Source of the DNA: Schmidtea polychroa
Taxonomy: Eukaryota
DNA length: 64,000 nt
Assembly (NCBI GenBank): GCA_044892525.1
Contig: CM097886.1
Span: 1,488,001-1,552,000 of the forward strand
Direction of reading: 5' to 3'
This document shows, in pieces, positions 55,027-64,000 of the stretch. Positions within the stretch are counted from its first letter, which is position 1. Each line of letters opens with the position of its first letter. The notes below the pieces were generated by a model that saw only the letters and a list, made by a program, of their open reading frames with translations, searched no databases and was not told where the DNA came from. The position numbers were made by a program, and so were the translations under genes.

Positions 55027-58000
55027 CGTGAAAAGAATGTTTGATTGGCGTTATCGTATTTTTATTAAAATTATTATATCTTATTTTAATTATTTCTTAT
55101 TATTTTTATTTTTTTATTATTTATCATAATTATTATTATTTATATATTTTATTATTTATTAACCTTTTTTATTAACANNNNNNNNNNNNNNNNNNNNNNN
55201 NNNNNNNNNNNNNNNNNNNNNNNNNNNNNNNNNNNNNNNNNNNNNNNNNNNNNNNNNNNNNNNNNNNNNNNNNNNNNNNNNNNNNNNNNNNNNNNNNNNN
55301 NNNNNNNNNNNNNNNNNNNNNNNNNNNNNNNNNNNNNNNNNNNTGATTGGCGTTATCGTATTTTTATTAAAATTATTATATCTTATTTTAATTATTTCTT
55401 ATTATTTTTATTTTTTTATTATTTATCATAATTATTATTATTTATTACTATTTTTATTAATAATATTATTTCTAATTTATTTTATATTTTTATTATTTAT
55501 ATATTTTATTATTTATTAACCTTTTTTATTAACANNNNNNNNNNNNNNNNNNNNNNNNNNNNNNNNNNNNNNNNNNNNNNNNNNNNNNNNNNNNNNNNNN
55601 NNNNNNNNNNNNNNNNNNNNNNNNNNNNNNNNNNNNNNNNNNNNNNNNNNNNNNNNNNNNNNNNNNNNNNNNNTGATTGGCGTTATCGTATTTTTATTAA
55701 AATTATTATATCTTATTTTAATTATTTCTTATTATTTTTATTTTTTTATTATTTATCATAATTATTATTATTTATTACTATTTTTATTAATATTATTATT
55801 TCTAATTTATATTATATTTTTATTATTTATATATTTTATTATTTATTAACCTTTTTTATTAACANNNNNNNNNNNNNNNNNNNNNNNNNNNNNNNNNNNN
55901 NNNNNNNNNNNNNNNNNNNNNNNNNNNNNNNNNNNNNNNNNNNNNNNNNNNNNNNNNNNNNNNNNNNNNNNNNNNNNNNNNNNNNNNNNNNNNNNNNNNN
56001 NNNNNNNNNNNNNNNNNNNNNNNNNNNNTGATTGGCGTTATCTTATAATCAAATCATTGCCATGAATGTTTAACTATTTATTATAATATAGTCTGTTTTT
56101 AATTAAATATGCCATAATATCGGAATGGTAAAAAATATATATTACAGATTGACATTATTTTTAAACATTGTAAACTGCAAAATCGTATATAAAAATGGCG
56201 GGTGACCTACAACAAGTAATTTTTAAATATGAAAAAAGTTATTTAAAAAATGTATCGTTTTCTTTTAAAAACCTTCAAAAAGCCTTCATATGTATATATT
56301 GTAAATTCACTGGTAAGGTTTCCGTGTTTAATCTCGATTTGTCAATAATGCTCCAGAAATCAATAATAATTGAAAATAATTCGGTTTTCGCAGTCCAGTG
56401 AGAGGATTGATAATATCTTGATTTTTACATCTGTTTCTTATTTATGTAACCCCAGCACAGAAAAAAAACTATTTTAATTACCGATTAATAAACCAAAATT
56501 TTAATTTAATAAAGAATAACAAACAAGTGACAAAAATAATTTTTTATGATTTCTCCATTTCAGTCGATTTTCAGAAAAGATTTTAAAAAGATCAAAATTC
56601 GATAATATTTAAATAAACATGTCACGTTATTGATCAAATAATTAAATTAAAATTAGGATGAAAAGTTACAGCGGAATCTAACAAATTATAAAGCCTCCTC
56701 CCCTTCACTGGGGTGATTGTTGATGTTAAATGTGTTAAATGTGCCAGATTTAAATATAACACCTAATATAAGCAATAAAATAAAATAATCGATTTACCTG
56801 TCTCATCGTGTGTTTTACCGCCCAAATAATCGAATCAAGAAGCAATTTGAATTTTTCCGCTGGTAAAACGGTAAATGCGATGAAGCTTTTCTGGTTAACA
56901 GCTTCAAGAAGAGTGAAAAAATTCGTTCTATGTTCCGGATATTCTTCCATATCTTTATTGATCATGTTCAAGGTGCATTCGAAAACTGCATCCAAAATCG
57001 TCGGTATATGCTCATTGATGTGTTGATGCAACCGGTTGATAATTGTTGCAATAGAACTGAGTACTTCCGGTTCTCTTGCTGGGGCAATGTTTCGTTGGTA
57101 ATCGAACAAAATAGCGTCGAGCATCGGTGGAATAAAATTCTCAGCGACAATTGCTGGATCAACGGATTTTTGAACCCAACTCGAAATGATTTTTAAAGCT
57201 TCTTTTTTCACCGCCCGCATCGCACGAATAACCGGTTGCTTGGCAATTTGTTCCCCGTGATTAGTGACAGCAATATTGATATTTTCCGAAATCACCTTGT
57301 ACACATTGAGCATGTCCATATAAATGTGACTCAACTGCTGGACATATGAAGCTCCGAGAGATTTGCACGCGCTGTAATTGGTTTTCATAATATTGACGAT
57401 TTGTTTGACGACTTCGGGATTTTGAAGAATCTCAATGTTTTCGTGGGCCTGAGTGATGATATCATCCCATACTTGGTTTGGTAGGTAAAATAGTTTATTG
57501 ATTAATTCACTCTGTACGACTGTGTCGGTTTCAGCGGCGACAACCATTCCCATTGCCTCATAGAACGTATGGACTTGTTGTGGGTGTAAATCGCTAATTA
57601 TGTTATTTATACCACCAAGAATTTCATCTACAAACGTGTACATTTCACCAGATTGCAACGTGACGAATTGTCGACGACATTTAACGGCAATCTTAATGAA
57701 CGTGTCACAGGCCATATCTTGAACACCGTCGTGGGTTTCGTGCATGAACTCAAACAGTTTCGTTATGACGGTTTTCAAAAATCTCCAATGGGCTTTTAGA
57801 AATCTCGGATATTGCCCGACAACATACATGATATTACTAGCGACTATAGCTTTGTTGTCTTTGCCACGTTTTTGTTCACATAAACTCAGTAAATCTCTGA
57901 TGGCAACAACAAGAAATCGTCGCTCATCATCTTCATGCATTGAACCAGAAATACTACCGATAGCCCAACAGAGGGTGTTTAGATTTTTCCATGACCACTC

Positions 58001-61000
58001 TGAACCGTCCATTTGATGCCCCAATTTATCAGTCATTATTTGATCTGTATCCTGAGAGTTGTAGTAAAAGAAAATTGAATAACATCATTAAAATTGATGA
58101 GAAAATAAAGTACAGATTGAAATGAAAAAAGAATGACATTCCCATTAATAATTCAAAGCATCAGCAATTTATTTATATAGATATAAATCTCAGTTCTGGA
58201 ACAATAGATGAATATCAAAGTAATTGAATATACGCTTTTCTCAGAAAAAACTCGAGATCACATTCAAATTTTCTACGTGTCCATCAAAGAACAAAAGAAG
58301 CTTCTCACAAATCGCATAGTTACAGATTTCAAATCCGGTAAAGTCCTCAACTCAAAGTGCGAAACGAAATATATGAACCAATACAATGGAATTTACAATT
58401 TACAAAATAGCATTAGAATGGAACATAAATCGGAATTTTCTTTGACAAGTCAAGATTTAATATATTCTCCCAAGGTGACAATAGCGAGAAAGAATTACAA
58501 CTCTTGGGCTCGCAAGAAATCAAATCTATACAAATCCTCAAAAATATCATGACATTTTTCATAAGAGTTTTATTTGAAAAATAAATTGATTTGTTGGTAA
58601 TCCTCGATATTATTAAGTTCGGAAAGATCGATTTTTTGTGGTATTTAAGTGTTTCAACTTGAGATATTCGATATTTTAATTGCAATCTTTATGCAGGAGC
58701 TAAGACTTAGTTGAGCCAGAAAATATATTTGGCACTACCGATTATTATTACAAATCAAATTTTAGAAAGTAATTTAATTTTTTTTCATGTTTTCATTACA
58801 AACGATGAGTTTCAAAAAAAATAATTTTAGCTATAATTTTGCAATATTTGGGTAGGTAGAAGGTACGGTTTGTAATGAAAAAGTTTTTCGTCGATTATTA
58901 TGGAATCATATTTATTGGCTTAATATGGTGAAATATAAAGCTCTTCGGATTTAATAATCGATAAAATGAAAATCTGAGATATTCGGCATCTTAATTACCA
59001 TCTTTATGACAACAATCAATATAATAATTTAGTTGGAAATATATTGGGCACTATCGATTATTTATATTATTTTTCCATGTCACTTATCAACCGGTAACTT
59101 CCGAAAATAATTCAACTAAATTGTGCAGGTACTTACTTAGTTTTATTAAGTATATATTCTGTCTGGATTACCATCATATATAGATGATAGAAAAATAGAT
59201 ATATAATCATTTAAACGAGTAACGAAAAGATATGAGCGGAAAAACGTAAAGTATCGTAATAATTTATAAAAATTAGCCTCGGGAACTTCTTACGTCTAAA
59301 AACGAGACTTTTCCATTAATATTGAACTTGAATAGATTATTAATGTTTTTTTCCTGTCTTTCGTCCAATAAAATTTATTTGAAATATAAAATGTTAATTT
59401 TTTGTTTTGTCAATTAAAAAACATTTGCGTAGGATACTAGAAAAGAATTTCCAATAACGGGAATGTCTAGGCTGAAAAAGGTTTCTATCAGGTAACTTAT
59501 TGCCCTTTCCCAACCTTGACCAGGCCTTAAAGTTAACATCAACAATTTTAACTCTTTGATTGGATGCCTGGAACCATCGCACCGCCTGTCACTCCCAATA
59601 TCCTTTTTGAACCTAGCAATTCACACAACTATCATTTAACGGGAAAATCGTAAAGGTAACATATCAGGGTGTTGAACAGAGTAATTAAATCGATTTCATA
59701 TATTTCTAGAGAACTATTTAAAATCGACTATTTTCGACATATTTTATGCATATTTGGATGCATTTCCTCATAATAAGATTAATCCAATTTATACGATAAT
59801 TATACATAAATAAAATGTGAAAATCATTCTCAAATGCAATCAATATCATTACAATTTCACCTCTATGACTGATGTATACGTCATCAACATATGCATTACA
59901 AACCGCATAAGACGAATGAAAATATATCATAGAATTACTTTTGTTAACATATTATCCAATAAGATATTATTTTATTTTTTGTAACCCTATGTAACACTAA
60001 ATACGCTAGCGGATAACAAAACTCGCCGCTGAGGAGTGCATTTCGTTTGACGAAATAAACCACTAAAAAAGGAAGCTACTATATCGATTTTATATGGCAT
60101 AAATTTCTCCATCATTATTATAATAATTTTTATAACACCAAAAAATCAATAAATAAGTGTAATGTTCTGTAGAAATTAGGCAATTAATATTTGGCAGTTA
60201 AAATAATTTAATTACTTCGAATACTTACAATACAAAATATAGAGGCCATTATTTAATCAAAAAAAAAATAATCAATATATCACTCAGTTTCAGTGCAAAA
60301 TAAGAATCAATACTAACATGGTAATCCAAATGAGTCAAATAAACCAAGCATTCTCTCATGTTCTTATACAGGTTTATACTGTCGGTATCTTTCATGAATT
60401 CCCGGACAACTTCTCCTTGCTCATTCTCAACAACGAGCACTTCTTCGGGTCGAGCCATTCGAGAAATCATAATTTTTCTCAGCTAAAATTCCGATGCAAT
60501 TCACAGATGGAGCCCATATGAAACACTTACCCTACTCAATATCGGGGCATAGAATACATTTCTCTGGGGAATATCGATATTGTGTTGGTTCATGTTGTAA
60601 TTCAATTCCTGGTTTTGTCGATATAAATCTGAAACAATATGATTCCACAGTTCGAGGCAGATTTTGAAAATTTCCGTTTCCTCGACTTCCGATATGTTAA
60701 GCATATACTCAAATGCGTCAATGAGTTGAGATCGCAAACTATCTTTCGATTCGATCAACTGCAAATGATTCATGAACAAACTGGAATAGAATAATGACAT
60801 GTTTTGGATGAATTTCTGTTCATCGTCTTGTCCGTACATGTAGGCCTCTTTGATATTCGTTTGTGGGGCTAGCATCTAATGGGAAAAAAACATGGGTTAA
60901 AATTTGTCGTTTTCCCTACAGTTTATTTTCTCACTTCTTTCAAGACGTTTGTGGTATTTTCAAAAATGTCGATGAAAACGTTGACATACTCACTACCGGA

Positions 61001-64000
61001 TACGTTGGCTAAAAATAACAAAAAAAAAGATAAAAGAAAATAGAAGAATCAATTTTTATTTAATATTAACCAATCATTTTATTTGTTGTCTAAGATGTGA
61101 TTGAGGAGTAATAAAATCAAAACTAATTCAGCTAAATTTCCCGAGATTAAATCAAGAAACAATCTAATAAGGAAATTAGAGTTTTTGGAACTTTTAGTTA
61201 TTTTAATTCATTACAGTAATTAGATATTTTTGAGCTCTTAATCTAGACATAGCCAGAATTGAGAATATTCAACATTTTCCCTTCAGTGCATATATATATA
61301 TATATATCGTTTCTTAACCTGGTTTAATATGTGGATGTGAATATTATATTTATGTTGGATATATCACAACGAATTCTTTTGACTTCTTTATATATTTTGA
61401 CACGTATTAGATACATGTATCAGCTTTATCAAAATTCCAGTAAAAATTTTCATTTATTAAATGAATTGGTTAATATTCACTGATACAATTCTACCAGTAC
61501 CGTTCGATTTATAGGCTGCGAACATAAATAAATGGAAAAACCAATAATAAACCTTTGGAATCCGTGGTAAATTTTATAGTATTATTTCATTTAATATTTC
61601 AGAACTTAACATGAGGACGTCAGTAGCAGCATATGAGTAACCAATGCCCACTCCGTATTGATAAAATTGAGGTACACTCCCGTATAAGCCATGTTTTTTA
61701 TTTTATTAATCGATTTCATTTATATTATGATTCATTCTACCCAGCTCCATGAATACTGTATACGTTCGGTAACCTTATTGTTTAGGTTAACCATACTCAA
61801 CCTGTGGCTAGCCAAGGTGTAATTTGCGGCCCTAAACACGTTTATTATCAAGGAATGACATAAAAAAAAGAAATCTGGTATTCTAAATTTCGTATATCGT
61901 GAGAATCTTTTTGACTTACACGGACAGCTAGTGACACTAGAGGATTGTCATTTTCCCGTCATATCAGTAGTGTTGCTACTTGCGTAACTTTACAAATATA
62001 TGTATTTGGCCCGAAAAAATGGCTGAGTATCGTCAGTGAGTTTGTACTGAGATATCGTTACGTAATGAATGCTTGACTCAAATTGATTAAAACGCACACT
62101 GAAAGTAGAAACAAAACGATTATCTATGTTTGTTCAATATAGGTGCTCGTCATCATTATTCAATAAATATTGGAGGAAAGGAAGTAATGTCGTACTGGCT
62201 TCAAATAAAAAATTAGTGATTTTTGATTGGTTTATTATAAAGCATTTTTAACATAATGATGGCATATCAATGTGATGTAGAATTTAGCAGAAATTGTTTC
62301 ACGTGTAGTGTTATCGGTTGATTAAAACTATTTAACAGAATCTTCTTTAATTCTTGGTAACACATATCGTTACATTTTGAATGTCGGAAACATAGAAATA
62401 TTTTATGTGAACATTTATACTATTTCAAATATTTGAGCAAATGAGGAGTTATTTTTCTTGTGTTTTAGTGATGAGGTAGAAATCGATAGTGTAATAATTT
62501 ACTTTAAGTGAAAACGTAACTGACTCCTGGAGAGCAGCTGAGATAAAAGCGTTTTGGTACAGCGGTATAATGGGATATTTTAAACAGTTCTTTAATCGCA
62601 TTTTAATAAAATTGTAGCAAAATAGCAGCTCCTTCCAATGGACCGTGACGTTGCATATTGGAATATTTTGGACAATTCCAAAATAAAAACGTAACTACAT
62701 CTTCGATGGCTTTATTCATAATGCATAATAGAGCTAATTAAATAAGTATACCAATTTCATCGTTGGAGCGGATGGTTTTGGCGTACTACTGCGCTTTGTA
62801 TTGCCGGTATTTGGGTGATGTTACGCAAGTTTCATCATACCCCAAAAGATATGAAACTGAATTTATATTCCAGTAAAATTTTTCATTTATTAAATGAATT
62901 GGTTAATAAAGTTGTATATTAATCCTTTGAAATCAAATATTAATATATTCAAAAATAGCTCGGTTGAAACAACGTTCCATGAATCAATAATTATGTTGAA
63001 ATAAATTCACAAATTATTTAAAAAATTTTTAAATATATATCAAATTAATTTACCCATTTCCGTTAAACATTGCAACGTGACATTCCTAAACATCGGAACG
63101 TTGAGAAATTTCGTTATAAGTGTCTGATTGAGATTTGTTTCAAAAATGTATCCCAGTGGAATCCAGTGCATAAATTTCAATAATGTTTCCAGCGTCGACA
63201 CAACAAGCATAGCATTTTGTGAATGAAACAACACATATTGACACAATTGGAAAATATGAGAAAATTCACTGCACATTGAATCTTTCAAATGTTTTATTTT
63301 CGTTTGTGTCATTTGACCGAGCGAAAAATCAAACACTTCTTCACTCAACAATTTCATAATAACCATGTTATTTTGACACAACGCCTCGTTGCTGCGACTA
63401 CTGCCAACAATATCTTGAATAAATGTCGGCCAATTTTTAGGCCATTCATGCTTGAGTATCTAAAATTAATTAAAAATATATATAATTGACTCATTTAAAT
63501 TCTGTTTTTAAATTTATAAAGTTGATAATTAATTTTATTAAGAAACTAAAATTTTGAAAAAAATTAGTCGGTAATCGAATAATCTCAATTGATATTTGAC
63601 ACCACCTACCTGAACTAAAATCATATTAAGCTTTCCTAGATAAACCTTTTCATTTTCCAACATTTGCATATTACTAGATGTCTTAATTATTAATCCTACG
63701 ATATACTTTTTAATCCCTAAAATAGAATTACTATTTTAAAGTTCCACAGAGATCCTCACCTTCACATTGTACTCTTGGCAAAACTTTCCATTTACATTTA
63801 ATAACATTTTCTAAAATTTGCAAAGCGTAATATTTTGTTTGTTGGTTATTGCTGCATTCAAGAATTGAATCAACGCGAATCCAAGCGTCAGGATGTTCTT
63901 TTAAAGTAGTTAAAATCTTTTCCGCCATCTTTTGTTCAGATCCAGTTCCTGTGTACATACAATCAACTACAGCATCAAGAAGACTTATGTCAAGTTTTTG
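52683..64000 (-). CDS. XPO1: Exportin-1 (CRM1), 5'-partial; exons 63760-64000, 63610-63716, 63054-63459, 60935-61008, 60531-60875, 60318-60482, 56798-58051, 53157-53310, 52683-53107
   Basis: Signature peptides [98 protein letters not shown] and [11 protein letters not shown]. All junctions are GT-AG and phase-compatible by manual check. Confidence 0.97.
53532..54369 (-). mobile_element. 5'-truncated Penelope-like retroelement (RT C-terminal region plus GIY-YIG endonuclease) in an XPO1 intron
   Basis: [58 protein letters not shown] is the PLE GIY-YIG pattern. An AT-rich 3' tail follows. Confidence 0.92.
54376..54675 (+). mobile_element. Inverted, internally deleted copy of the PLE 3' end (inverted pLTR)
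   Basis: 54376-54417 is the reverse complement of ~53892-53935. The ~54430-54670 segment mirrors the stop region and AT-rich tail at 53532-53765. Confidence 0.85.
54709..54744 (+). ncRNA. Minimal type I hammerhead-ribozyme-like motif associated with the PLE (possibly inactivated)
   Basis: cac CTGATGA caggaaaactgt CGAAA tatat C gtg. Stem I is cac/gtg, stem II is (ga)cag/ctg(tc) with a GAAAA loop, stem III is the palindrome ATATAT, and the cleavage triplet is AUC. It is in sense orientation with the inverted pLTR. Confidence 0.7.
54736..56042. repeat. AT-rich repeat (first period 286 bp, including an (ATT)n tract) continued in three gap-bounded pieces
   Basis: tatatcgtgaaaagaatgtttgattggcgttatc at 54736 and 55022. 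tgattggcgttatc restarts at 55344, 55674 and 56029, each after an N-gap. Confidence 0.8.
61434..62907. repeat. ~41-bp direct repeat bracketing ~1.4 kb of an XPO1 intron
   Basis: attccagtaaaa(a)ttttcatttattaaatgaattggttaata at ~61434-61474 and ~62867-62907. Confidence 0.75.

Noticed and set aside
55344-56042. Exact copy number of the AT-rich repeat between N-gaps
   Set aside because: The pieces start and end at identical bases next to gaps, which suggests repeated placement of one collapsed contig.
56808-58016. Small + strand and off-frame ORFs overlapping the large XPO1 exon
   Set aside because: Shadow frames of a conserved coding exon.

Overview
Very AT-rich eukaryotic (metazoan) scaffold with nine N-gaps and many short GT-AG introns of about 42-56 nt. 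The sequence style fits a compact-intron invertebrate such as a myxozoan cnidarian; this is inference only. Two host genes lie on the minus strand. (1) A giant multi-exon secreted gel-forming-mucin / hemolectin / SCO-spondin-like gene runs from ATG 49187 to at least 6798, with a rough estimate above 6,000 aa. Its order is signal peptide, EGF repeats, three VWD-C8-TIL assemblies, an LDLa repeat, nine tandem Cys-bracketed ~140-aa modules of probable degenerate discoidin (F5/8-C) type, TIL/VWC-like Cys-rich exons, then two long Thr-rich PTS exons each capped by a near-identical F5/8-C-like domain. No C-terminal VWD or cystine knot is visible in the window. (2) Exportin-1 (XPO1/CRM1) has nine exons that can be spliced by hand into one open frame (52683-64000, 5' end outside the window). 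Long introns and intergenic DNA hold decayed mobile elements: hAT Buster copies and MITEs with 8-bp TSDs, a ZMYM1-type hAT ending in a 181-bp perfect palindrome, a Merlin/ISXO2 remnant, and Penelope-like GIY-YIG retroelements, one with an inverted pLTR and a minimal hammerhead-ribozyme-like motif. There is also an antisense TRAF/MATH fragment nested in a mucin intron, plus AT-rich tandem arrays. No prokaryotic features, CRISPR arrays, tRNA or rRNA were found.
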